Assembly (NCBI RefSeq): GCF_964194025.1
Contig: NC_134469.1
Coordinates: forward strand, 1,922,001 to 1,986,000
Source: Convolutriloba macropyga
Taxonomy: Eukaryota
Direction of reading: 5' to 3'
DNA length: 64,000 bases
Every line of letters begins with the position of its first letter. The first letter of the stretch is position 1. Both the position numbers and the translations under genes were made by a program. The notes under the pieces are model-generated. The model searched no databases, was not told the DNA's origin, and saw nothing but the letters and a program-made list of their open reading frames with translations. Positions 1 to 11,329 of this stretch are shown in pieces.

Positions 1-542
1 CATACAAAATGTTTCTAAATCTCTTTAGAGTTTCAGTTGATATCCGGTCGGTTTGTAATTGCTGATTCAATGTTTTTTCAGCATTATCCAGAGTTTTGTA
101 ACCAACTATTCCCTTTGGGCGGCAATTTTTGCTCAAGTCACTGCTCAAATTTGGTGAGCGCTTCTGAATGCTGGTTGCTTCTCCTTTTGTCGGCGGCGCT
201 GAACCATTGTATTCCACAGCTAGTTTTAGTTTTTCGAAAATCTCTCCAGTTGTCTCCACTGTGGCTCCGTTTGAAGAAAAAAGTTTTGAAGGTTGTGTAC
301 AAGCAAGGAACTGCATAAAGTTTATTTCGTTTTAATATTTCCGTAGAAACGTCAGACACATCAAACAACACATGATAATGGTTAGAGGGTAACAATTCAC
401 AATAGCCGTTTTTAAAATGCATGCAAACAGCGTAATTCCGGGCAAACATTGATGATAGTTTTTCTTCTGCAACAAAACACCTGAAGTTTTTTTGAAATTG
501 TTTATAGTAACCAGGTGAGCGCTCATACATAGCTTCCACCAT
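1..542 (-). pseudogene. Polinton accessory protein with HUH-like motif (NHYHVL ... PCLYTTFK), frameshifted, runs off window
   Basis: ORF 138..542. After a frameshift near 280 it continues as GEIFEKLKLAVEYN...QLQTDRISTETLKRF, collinear with the element-B copies (GEMKNKID.AVKFN...QTQTDFLPTCTIDRF). Confidence 0.7.
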
Positions 543-554
543 TTTCTTTACAAT

Positions 555-899
555 TTACTCTTGATCAGATAATTCGTGTTCGTCGTCTTTTTGCTTTAAC
601 TTTGGTCGTTTTGCCAGGGTTGGTTTAGTTGTTGAATCAATGTAATTTGAATTTTGAGCAGCCGCTCGAATTTTTGGAGTTTTCTTTGACAACTTTTCAA
701 ACTCTTCGAAAGTCAGGGTTATTCTTTGTTGAAGTTCATAGTCATGTTCACCCTTTTTGAATAACTTTAGAAAGATATAATTTCCTGTTCCTTCATATGT
801 TTTGAGCGTGACTCGGATCAAGCGTTTTTCATTCTAAGAAACGTCAAAATGAGCGTCTCCAAACTCGGCGTCTTTTTCAGCTGTAAATGGCATTCGCAT
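555..899 (-). pseudogene. PC4-like (putative ssDNA-binding) small protein, one in-frame stop
   Basis: MRMPFTAEKDAEFGDAHFDVS*NEKRLIRVTLKTYEGTGNYIFLKLFKK...QRITLTFEEFEKL resembles the PC4 pattern (V.V..F.G..Y+.+R.+....K.I.LT.E++..L), followed by a basic KRPK tail. Stop at 834-836. Confidence 0.6.
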
Positions 900-1574
900 T
901 TTGTTGAAATTTGAAATTTGTTCAACTGTTCTTCTTCAAGAAATAGTGTATAATGTCTCCCCTGATGAAATTAAAACTCAACAATTTTTACATAGTGCTA
1001 AAATTAGAATGGTTCAACTGATAAGAGTTTTGTAAAGGGCGATTATTAAGGAGAATAATTGTTTCATGGTACTGATTAGCGTTTTAGAACCACATGTGCT
1101 CTTTCACAAACATTGTACCTAGAGCAGTCCGCTTAAGGTCATAAAACAGGTTCAGACGGATTACATGTATGTTCATTTCACCATTCAGCGCCAATGTTTA
1201 ATGAAAGACACTTGTAACCATGGGTTTTGAACAGTAAACCATGGAGCAAAACTCTTATTTAATAGCTCTAACTAAAATATTTTCATGCGTTTACTTTATT
1301 ATCAGTCCTAAAACCTATGCCGAGACCACCACGACTAAGACAAATAAAACTTCTGTAGTTTTATGCTTTTCCAGTTGACCTACTAAGTTAATCACCTGAG
1401 TACAAACTTCCAACTCTTTAAGTTGTGAACCGAATTCTGGTGACCCATTCATTCACTTTTTTACTTGCGATTGAATAACAGCAAACCAACTGCTCCATTT
1501 TTTTTCTTGAATTCTTTGAACTGTTCGTTTCAATTTCTGATTTTTCCAAAAATACAAAATTGAAATATCTAGAA

Positions 1575-2294
1575 ATGTCTTATTATATTCTGTGTGAAAG
1601 CGAAGGCTCCTGGGAACGGAAAATTGCGTATCAAACTTTTTACGAAAATTTTATTGTCCTCATACAGCAGAAGAAATTCAATGAGAAGGATGTTTGGAAT
1701 ACCCAACAACATTCCATGATTCCAAAAATCTTTCTAAACTTTCTATCTCAACTTCCTGATAAACCGTCATCAGATTCATCAGGTGTTATTTTTCCTCCCT
1801 CGAAACTGAAGGATCCTCTTGTGGCTTACGATATAGGTAATTTACCTGCTCCGGTCAAGAAAATTTTGTACAAATACTACTGTGATACAGTTCCATTCTT
1901 TGAGAACCAACTAGGTGTTACCCAAGCTTGCGATGATCTTTCTGACTTATGGAGGCTACCTCGATCACCTGAGTCGCCCTCAGCACCAACACCGGCAGTA
2001 ACTCCAGCGATTGATCCGAGTCCCGCTGTATCCCCGGCAACCAGCCCATCTCTCTTTGAAAATATGAAAAGTTGCATTAGCAGCTCTCAAGAAAATTTCA
2101 GTGGTCTCTGGAGCAACCTGTCAGGTATTAACTTTGAAACTCCAATAAAAACTCAACATTAACAAGAAAATCAGGATACAGCCAGCACTATTGAAATTTT
2201 ACCGGTGAACACAGAGAAACCGGAGACCATCAATGCTCCAAAGAAAAGAAAATCATCGACCCGTGTGACAGAGCTGTTTGAAAACTCAGACTAA
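1575..2294 (+). pseudogene. Orphan Polinton protein with S/P/T-rich linker and C-terminal APKKRK NLS, one in-frame stop
   Basis: ORF 1560..2162 reads through TAA to a stop at 2292-2294. Homologous to 17471-18045(-). Confidence 0.65.
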
Positions 2295-3004
2295 AAACTC
2301 TCTTAAAACTGGAACAATTTCAGTTAACACAGTTTTCTCCTACTCTTTGGCAAAAACATTAGAAAGTTATGTACAACAATGTATGCACAACCGGATTTTG
2401 TGGGTAAAAAAAATTGATTTTTATACAAAGTGAAAAGCAATAATTCCACATGAGAGCGGGAAATTGTCAATATATTGAAACTAAAAGGTTCAGTAGTTTC
2501 CAAATCTAATGTGTGTTGTGTTGAAGTTTCCCAAAAACTGATTTACTTGATCTCAGATAAATTTAAATTTCTTGTTTTTGGTTTTATAACAACAGAGTTA
2601 TAACCGAATTTGGCTGAATGCAAGAAATCCTTAAATATTCAAAACAGGAAACTTAAACGTACAGATTATGGAATAAAGTAGAATTGTTTATAACTAGAGT
2701 CAGTCGGCTCACTGTGAGCGAGGTTCAAACAAACCATTTTAATAGAAAAAATTTTGAGGAAAGAAGAATGAACAACAATAAATTTTCATTATTTTGGAAA
2801 AGAAATATCAAAAACCACAGAAAATATGTAAGTTATTCCTTTTTTGAAATACAATTAATCCTCGCTTAAAGCCTTCTATTAAAACATTTTGATTTCAATC
2901 AAATGAGTCCCTACAGACCAACTAATATTTTTATCATTTTTGGGGGAATTTTAGTATTTTCGAACATTTTTTTTGTAAAAAAAGTCAATTTTTGCATTTT
3001 TATG

Positions 3005-3661
3005 ATAAAATCTCAAAAACTTGAATACGGATTTTGGAAATTTTCTCTGAGCGCTCATGACATTGTGTTGAAAGTCGATTGGAAGCAATTACTTGTTCCT
3101 AAGAAGAAGATTTTTCATAACAGACCATCAGTTGATTGCAGATTTTTTATGAAAAAATCAATTTTTTTGGCAAACTTTAGGAAAAATCTCAAGAACTTGA
3201 TTAACGATTTTGGAAATTTTCTCTGAGCGCTCATGACAGTGTGTTGGAAGTCGATTGGAGGCAATTATTTGTTCCTAAGAAAAAATTTTTCATAACAGAC
3301 CATCAGCTGATTGTAGATTTTTTATGAAAAAATCAATTTTTTTGGCAAATTTTTGGTAAAATCTCAAAAACTTGATTAACGATTTTGGAAATTTTCTCTG
3401 AGCGCTCATGACATTGTGTTGGAAGTCGATTTGAAGCAATTACTTATTCCTAAGAAAAATTTTTTTCATAACAGACCATCAGCTGATTGTAGATTTTTTA
3501 TGAAAAAATCAATTTTTTTGGCAAACTTTTGGTAAAATCTCAAAAACTTGATTAACGGTTTTGGAAATTTTCTCTGAGCGCTCATGACATTGTGTTGGAA
3601 GTCGATTGGAAGCAATTACTTGTTCCTAAGAAAAAATTTTTTTATAACAGATCATCAGCTG
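3005..3661. repeat. Tandem array, ~176-bp unit, ~3.7 copies, inside Polinton A
   Basis: TTTGGAAATTTTCTCTGAGCGCTCATGAC recurs at ~3032, 3208, 3384 and 3560 with high identity. Confidence 0.95.
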
Positions 3662-4608
3662 AAAATTGTATTAACTTATTTCGTTGTATACAATTCATTG
3701 AAGACAATTCAACTTATTTGGAAACTTTGTTGACCATTTCGGTTCCCCCTAATAAGACACGGTTAATATTTTAATCTTGATCACACCTTCTTTAATACTT
3801 GGGCAAATTTTGATAATCTTGTCAAGTAGCGCAGAGTTTTATTCAATATTTGCGATATAAAACATTATCAAATCTGGGAAATAAACAAATTGTTCATTGC
3901 AAAGTGGGCGCTGGAGAGGTCAGGCACAATTTCAATTGTATACTTGATCAATAGGAGCGTTCGAAATGTTTGGGAATTATACATAGTTTTAATATTCAAT
4001 AAAACATGCAGAAATTCAACTTTGGTTAAATGCTTAGGGAAACTAAACTATAAAATTGCTCAAGTTTAACATGTTTTGCTCCAACCCATACTTATAACTG
4101 AACCAGATAAGATATATAAGAATCTGATTTCAATGTTTGATACCGAAATGCAATAAAACGAAATTCACTGGTACAATTTTGAGCTAATGTATTAGTAATT
4201 TCACTATAATTGACCTTTCAACCGAAGATAATGTTTGACATTTGATCTGTTTAGGCGTTACTGGGAGCAGCGTGTAAATTTGTATTTCTCTAACTTTCAT
4301 TTTGCTCCGTTGAATGTCTCTAAACGTGTGTTCGAACACTTTCTCAAAATACTTATCAAATTCTTGCAAAATAAAACTCAAACTACGAGTCTTGAATACA
4401 TTGGATCTTTGACTATTCCTATTGCTTCTGAAACAACCTTTCTCTAAACATTCTCTCTATCAAATTCAAACCAACTTTTATAAAACAATTTTCTATCATT
4501 ATTTCAGCTTTTTTAAAGCAGTTTCTAGTTTAATTACCATTTCTTACAATCTTGGTCAATTAGCTTTAAAAAACATCATAATCCCAAAATACAATCAATT
4601 CTGTCAGA

Positions 4609-7600
4609 ATGCCTCTGCAATGCACAAACTGTCCGGCTCAGTTGTCTGATAGACGAGCACTGAACAGGCATTTGCAAAGGAAGCATGACATTCATCCAAA
4701 CGTGCCCACGTTCAGCTGTTTCAGTTGTTCAGAACAAGTGAAAAGTTTGCCCTCCCTACGCAAACATTCACAGGTTTCCCATCACCAACCTATTCTGAAA
4801 GTGTGTTATGCATGTCGTATGGGCTTTCAGTCAAAGTTTGACTTTGCCCGTCACATAAACAACGAACACGGTATTCCAGTCTACGAAATGGATCCAGTTG
4901 AATCGAGTCCCTCAACGCCAGTTGTGAGCTCAATCAAGGGGGGCATCAACTACTATAAACTTCATCCTACCAGTAACGATCTAGACATCATGGAATATTT
5001 GTTCAGAAAACGAAACGAGATTGAAGAAATTATCAGAAAACACACCAATCAGTACCCTCAAAAAATGCAACTGATGGTTGGGATGACCCTTCAAAAACCT
5101 GGAGAAGAAAAACCAGAAAAAGGCAGCGTCTACTTCAACACGAATACAACAACGGTATACTACACAGGTATAACTGATACCGTTTTTGAGGAACTAGTGG
5201 ACAACATAGTTTCGAAGCTGGTTTCTTTTTCAAGCTATGGAAGCAGATGGCAGCTGCAGAGAATTGACGAAATCACGATCAATATGCGTTATATTCCAGT
5301 GAGGGGAGCAGCTTCATACCATTTCCGGATAGCCATCCATTGAGGAGAGCCTCCAATCTCCCTGAACGTACACAACGCAAATGATGACAAGTGCTTTCTG
5401 TGCTGATTCAATGCTGGGTATCATCTTGTCTACTTGAAAGAGAAGTTGGAACCGCCTAGACCCTGCTTCAGACCCAGAACAATTATTTTGACATATAGCA
5501 GCGAGAAACTTTCAGCAAAGCAACCGATTGGTGAATTTGATATGCCGATGAGCCTGTTGGACATTTCGAAGTTCGAGGATTTAAACGAAGTTCAGGTCAA
5601 CGTTTTCAGGTAACCCCACTTCTTTGCAATAATTATCCAAAAATTCACACAAAAAACTTTCTTAAAAAAAGAACCAGCTAATGAAATTAATTGATGTAAA
5701 AAAATAAAAAAAGCCGTGTTCATTAACTAAAGCTCTCCAAAACAATTGTTTTTAGGTATGAGTCAAAACAGCTGCTGCCTTTGAGACTCTCCGCTGGAAA
5801 AAATTATCCGTTTCTTCTTGACTTACTTCTACTCAGCAATGGAGAAACCTACCATTATGTTTTGATAGTAAACTTGCACAAACTCATCTCAAAAATTAGT
5901 GGAAAAGAATATCGTGAACGAAGTTATCAGTGTCGAAACTGTTTCCACATTTGTTCTTCCATTGAATACTTCAACACACATCAGCAAAAATGTCTCGAAC
6001 AAGATTCGCTACAAATAACTATGCCTAGTTTAACGAAAAACAAAGTGACATTCAAAAATTTTGCTGCGAGGTTGTTTTCACCCTTTGTGATTTACTTGGA
6101 CCTTGAATCACTAATAGTTCCAGTAGCAACAGTGAAAAATCATCCAAATGTCTCCAGTACTCATGCTTTAGAAAAACATCTACCATGCAGTTATTACTTA
6201 ATGGTCATAGAGCGAGGAAACCCTGAACCCATACACTTTGACATCTATACAGGTCCTGACTGCATGGAGGGATTTTTGTCCAAGATCGAGAAGCTAGCAA
6301 AAATCATTTATCATTAAAAGAGGAAGTATCCGATCTTCATTGGAACACCACCTTCAAAAACATTTCATACATGTTGTTGGATTTGCGATGTTCCCTTTGA
6401 AACTGATGATGAAAAAGTTCTGGATCATTGCCACATTCGGGGACAATTTCTGGGTTATGCTCACAATGAGTGTAACTTGAAGGGCAGAACACTTGATTAT
6501 ACGCCAGTTATTGCTTATAATATGATGAACTATGATCTTCATCACATTGTTAAAACCCTTCATTCCTCAACAGCAAATATAAAGATTGAAGTGATACCCA
6601 CGAACGATTCAAAGTTCATTGCTTTGAACTATGGTGTATGAATTGAGTCTAGAAGGCGAAAACGAGACGAGGTTGCTATCTATGAGTATTTACGATTCAT
6701 TGACAGTTTCAAATTCATGCCCAGCAGCCTGAGTAAATTAGTACAGACTCTGCCACATGACAAATTCACAATCTTGGATAACTTTTATCGTGGATATAGT
6801 CATGAACAACGTGAGCTGCTAAAACACAAAGGAAACTTTCCCTACTCTTATATAGATGGTTTTGACAAATTAAACGACCTCGAACTTCCTGGTATACGAC
6901 ACTGGAAAAACAGCCTGAAGGATAACAGCATCGACATAACATATGCGGACCTTGATCAGCTGAAAAAAGTTTTCAGAGAATTCAATTGTGAGAACCTAAT
7001 GCAATTTCTAGAGCTGTACCTCACTGGAGACGTTCTGCAACTGGCATGTTGCTTTGAAGTGTTGAGGTCTGTATGCTATAAAACATACTCGCTTGACTGT
7101 GCGCATTTTTACACCGCCTCAAATCTCTCAGGCAGCGCATGTCTAAAAGTTTGCCAACCACAACTTGAACTTTGACTGACCGCGAGCTGCTTGATATGAC
7201 TGAAAAAATGATCTGTGGTGGGGTAGCATCAGTATTCAGCTCAAGGCTAGAGAGTGCTAACAGTCCTTCACTGCCCAACTATGATGTGTCAAAAGAACTG
7301 GCATCGATCATTTATATCGATGCAAATAATCTTTATGGCGGGGTTATGTTCAATTATCCACTACTGATTATCCACGCTGAGAAAGCGTTCGAGTTGGTAA
7401 CCGAACTAACTCTTGACGAAATTCTCCAAACGGACGATAATGGAGAGATTGGGTTTGTTGTTGAAGTGGACCTGGAATATCCGGATGCGATTGATGAGAA
7501 GCATTCGGATTTCCCAATCATTTCTGACAAACAACCAATTGACCCGTTGGAGCTCAGTGAGTACCAGACCCAAATGAAAAACGCACTGAAGGTTTCAGCA

Positions 7601-8953
7601 ACAAAAACAAATAAACTCAGACAAACATTTCATCCTAAGTCTCATTACGTTACCCATTTCAGAAACCTGAAATTCTTTGTTGAACAAGGAATCATAGTAA
7701 CAAAGATTCATAAAGCTATCAAGTTCCAACAATCAAAGTGGTTATCAAGTTATGTTGAATTAAATACCCAAAGGCGACAAGAAGCAACATCAAAACTTGA
7801 CCAGGATTTCTTCAAGCTAATGACGAATTCGACATTTGGTAAACTTTGTGAAAGTTTAAGGAATCGAGTTACTGTAACTTTTGTCCGCTCTGAAGACGAA
7901 CTTTCAAAAGCTACATCTGAAGGTGTCATTAGCACTATAAAAGTTATTGACGAAAATCTGTCGCTCATTACCAAAAAGAAACAGAACATAATGTGGAACA
8001 AGCCTACCATAGTGGGCGCATGTATTTTGGAACTGTTCAAACTTTTCATGATGGACTTTCATTTTAATGTGATGAAAAAAGAAACATCATGCCATCTTTT
8101 ATACTCTGACATGGACAGTTTTATCTACAAAGTACAACCGGTTAACTTTTACGATGATCTATCAAAAAACCCAAACCTAATTGCACACATTGATCTCTCT
8201 AATCTCGCAAAAAACCACCCCCTATATGATCAATCTAATGAAAAAGTGGTGCTAAAGTTTAAGGATGAATTAGCTGGGGCACCAATTGAAGAGTTCTGCG
8301 CAATCAAACCCAAACTTTATTCTTTAATTGCTGGCGGTTTCGAAAAAATGTCTGCTAAGGGCACCAAGAAATTTGCCCAGTCAAAAGTCCACCATGAGCT
8401 GTTCAAAAAAACCCTCGAAACCGGTGAACTTGTCAGACTAGAAAATGTAAAGATTGCTTCGACAAAACATCAACTAGAAACTGTATGTGTGAACAAAATT
8501 GCCTTAAGTGCGTACGACGATAAGAGATACATAAATGCTGACCGGAAAACAACATTGCATTTTGGATAGTACATTTCAAAGAAAATATGTGATGAGCCCG
8601 ATTGGGGAATCGAATCAGATGAGGATATTAACGTCTTCAATTTATACGACGATGGGGAAGCGTCTGGATGGGGAACCCCTGATCCCGGTTTCAACCAGCG
8701 CACCTATTCAAACGAGGAATTTGAAGACGTTGTTGAAATAACTAACCTCACTGAAGTGAGCGATGAGTCTGACCATGAGACTCCCAATAACCCCTTTATT
8801 TTGACAGAAGCTGAAGAAGGCGAGAGAGCTGACACTGGTCCCTCTACCAGCGACGATTACACGCCTTTGTTAGTAATCAAACAGAGAAAAAAGAAAATCA
8901 AAAGAAGAGAGGAGAGCAAAAAAATTTACCCAGCACTAGTCGACCATAAATAA
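4609..8953 (+). pseudogene. Protein-primed family B DNA polymerase (pPolB) of Polinton, disrupted, one intron
   Basis: Motifs in order: three N-terminal C2H2 fingers; DDKCFL...YHYVLI (OTU-like); exonuclease IYLDLES; EndoVII-like CWIC...DHCH...HNECN (~6375-6480); FIDSFKFM; KGNFPYSY; YIDANNLYG; KLMTNSTFGK; YSDMDSF; KPKLY; AKG; DDKRY; in-frame acidic tail after the stop at 8567. Frameshifts near 5306, 5360 and 7172, plus several stops. Confidence 0.95.
5610..5755 (+). other. Spliceosomal GT-AG intron (146 bp, phase 2) in pPolB
   Basis: Donor TTCAG|GTAACC, branch-like TAACTAA, acceptor TGTTTTTAG|G. Removal gives contiguous FEDLNEVQVNVF-R-YESKQLLPLRLS, matching the conserved pPolB pattern FE..N...INVF.YE...YPLR.S. 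Confidence 0.85.
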
Positions 8954-9309
8954 TTGAGGAGGAAGAAGTTCAAAGTAATAGAGACTCCCCAGTTATTTCT
9001 ACTAAACGCCAACGTTTTGTTATTTATGATTCTGACTCCGTTTAAATAATACTGCTGCTTTGTATAGTTTAATTAGTACATCTTCAAAAGAAAAGAAAGT
9101 TCAAAATATGCAAAGTAAAGTGTTGGGAAACTGTTTTCTTCAATTCAAAAGTTAAAAAAGGAAACGTACTTTAGAATCTCTGTACCGTTTTCCTCCTGAA
9201 GAGGCTTCCCACCTTGTCACCCAAGCACTTGTTTTTTAAATGAAGCTTTTCCAATTTAAGTTTATAATAAAAGACCTCCTTACAAAAAGGACAAGTTTGA
9301 TCGGGAACT

Positions 9310-9786
9310 TTACCAGTTGCAAGAGAACGATAGTCGTATAAAGGGTTGGGCTGGAGGTTTGAATTGTGTTTTGAATGGGTTTTCAGTTCTGTGAGGAAAA
9401 AAAGATTTGCAACATAAAGTACAAAATTTTAGGTATATATCAGGGTGATGATGGGAAAAACGGGCGGTTTTTTCTTGATTTTTGTCAAAATAAATGTCAC
9501 AAATTTTGCAAATATGCATTTCACTGAAGCATTGAGCAAATTGTATAGATTGAGCTCTTAGCGTTTTAAGTAGAGACTTTAAAATGGAGATTGAATATTT
9601 ATAACTTCCAAACTTCAAGTTTCAAACCCTCAATTCTTTACTGTAGGCAAATAGGAATAGTTCCAGACATTCCATAACAAAATATTCCATACCACACTGA
9701 CTCAGACAAGTTAATTCGGTCCCTAAATACCCCCTTGAAGTCTTCCATTCACCGACAAAATTTGTCTTTAATCGTAATTTGAACAT
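9310..9786 (-). pseudogene. Small Cys-rich (2x CxxC) Polinton ORF, one in-frame stop
   Basis: The ATG at 9786 is in frame with ORF 9310..9618, which carries CKIC...CTLCC. It converges on pPolB next to the terminus. Confidence 0.45.
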
Positions 9787-10171
9787 TTTCCCTCACTACC
9801 GCAATATAATTTCAAAGCCCATAAGAGCATTCAGATTTGATTTTGTGTAACCATTAAATTAAATTTCCACAAATTTAATTCCCTTTGATTCCGTTCCTCG
9901 TAAATTCCAAACCGTAAGCAAATCCTTGACAAGTCCAAACATTTCCCCGCTCTCCAAACTAAATAAAATCCCAATTAAAAATAAATAAAATCCCCCTAAA
10001 TAAAATCCCTCAATCGCGCACAAAACATGAATTCAAAACCACCAAAACCCAATTCCCAAGTTTCAATTTACATGAACCATCAAAATGAAATGGAAATAGC
10101 TGAAAAGTATAGTAATTTGCCTTACACTCCGAAAAAATTACAAAGATTTCACTTTTTCAGAGGTAAAATTT

Positions 10172-10234
10172 CTTGTAGGGGGGGTGTCCGAACACCCCCC
10201 CCCCTACAAGCACTAGGCAAATTAGTGTACTACT
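10172..10234. repeat. Polinton A terminus with GC-rich subterminal hairpin
   Basis: CTTGTAG(G)nTGT-CCGA-ACA(C)nTACAAG at 10172-10210, then the ACTACT end at 10229-10234. Confidence 0.85.
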
Positions 10235-10289
10235 AACGGATATGATAACAGTGCCAATAAATGAACCGGTGGACCAGCTAATCAATATA

Positions 10290-10760
10290 TCCGATATCAT
10301 TAAAGTTTTTTTGATGTCTCACGGCGGACAAAAAGATCAGGAGCTTATTTCAGTTTCTGATGATCCGTACAATTTGCAGATTCTAAAATTCGTTCGCTGA
10401 TGGAACTTTTGAGTTATCATCCGGCACAACCGACCTTCATGTACATACTCTTGGAAGTGCTCCGTATTGTTTGTATGCTATCCTGCTCAACAAAACTGTA
10501 AATTAATGACCAAACATACATCCCAATACTTGATGCTTTCTGAACGTATTGCTCCAGATTGTAAACTTAATAATGTTTTGCTAGAATTTAAACTTGCCCC
10601 AGTAACTGCTTTCCATGAACTCCATCAAGGTTCAATGTTTCAGGGTTGCTATTTCAATTTCACCCGAAAATGTGTTGGAAACTTTGGGAACTTGTATTAA
10701 CAAAGTTGGTGTCAGAACACCTTTAAATGACCCTGGCTCCTAATTTGATCCCTGATTGCG
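10290..10760 (+). pseudogene. Mutator/MULE transposase remnant
   Basis: Fragments FADGTF, PYCLYAILLNKT, VLLEFKLAPVTAF and GCYFNF match the MULE DGTF / PCVYALLPNK / DFE.A..NAF / GCYFH motifs in order. Confidence 0.7.
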
Positions 10761-11329
10761 TTTTTGAGAATAAAAAAAAGATATAGACAAATTCTTTGAA
10801 CTTTTTATTGGAAATCTAACTGACGTGTCATTTCAACGGCATTTGCTAGTTTTGAAAATTGCGTTGTAAATATTTGAACAAAATGACGAGTTTTGTATAT
10901 ACTTTCAATCAAAAAGCATCAATCGTCCATTAAGCTCCCGTCAAAAACATGAATTAAATTACTGCAGCTACCGAGGGCAGTGCCAGAAGAAATAGTGCTG
11001 CTGAGGATTGTCATTTTGCAACAATAGCCTTGTTCAACGAATTTAATTCGAAATTTGGAAACATTTGTGTAAAATGCAACAGAAGGTTGCAGTGCAAAAT
11101 GTATAATTTCTGATTTTTTTTCAGCTGGAGAAAAGAATCCTAGGGAAAAGACTCCTAGGGGTAAGGTAAATGCAAAACATAGGTTCATTTGTACCACCCT
11201 GGGGAGCGACCAAGACTTGGCATTATACAGATTAGGACAAGCGACTACAAAAAGAACGCAGATACCGAAAAAAACTCGATCAATTCTTGTGAAATGTGAA
11301 ATGTGGCCTCTTTTAAATGAGAATAGGTA

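Larger units (their letters stand above)
1..10234 (+). mobile_element. Polinton/Maverick element A (right portion; left part outside window), decayed
   Basis: Contains a pPolB pseudogene (4609-8953). Ends in ...ATTAGTGTACTACT at 10234 (reverse complement AGTAGTACACTAAT, a typical Polinton terminus). Unrelated MULE sequence follows. Its accessory genes are homologous to those of element B. Confidence 0.9.

Noticed and set aside
3005-3661. CRISPR-like array
   Set aside because: Whole units repeat with no unique spacers; eukaryotic context and no cas genes.
2903-3774. ORFs 2903..3226 and 3592..3774 as genes
   Set aside because: They are chance translations of the tandem repeat.
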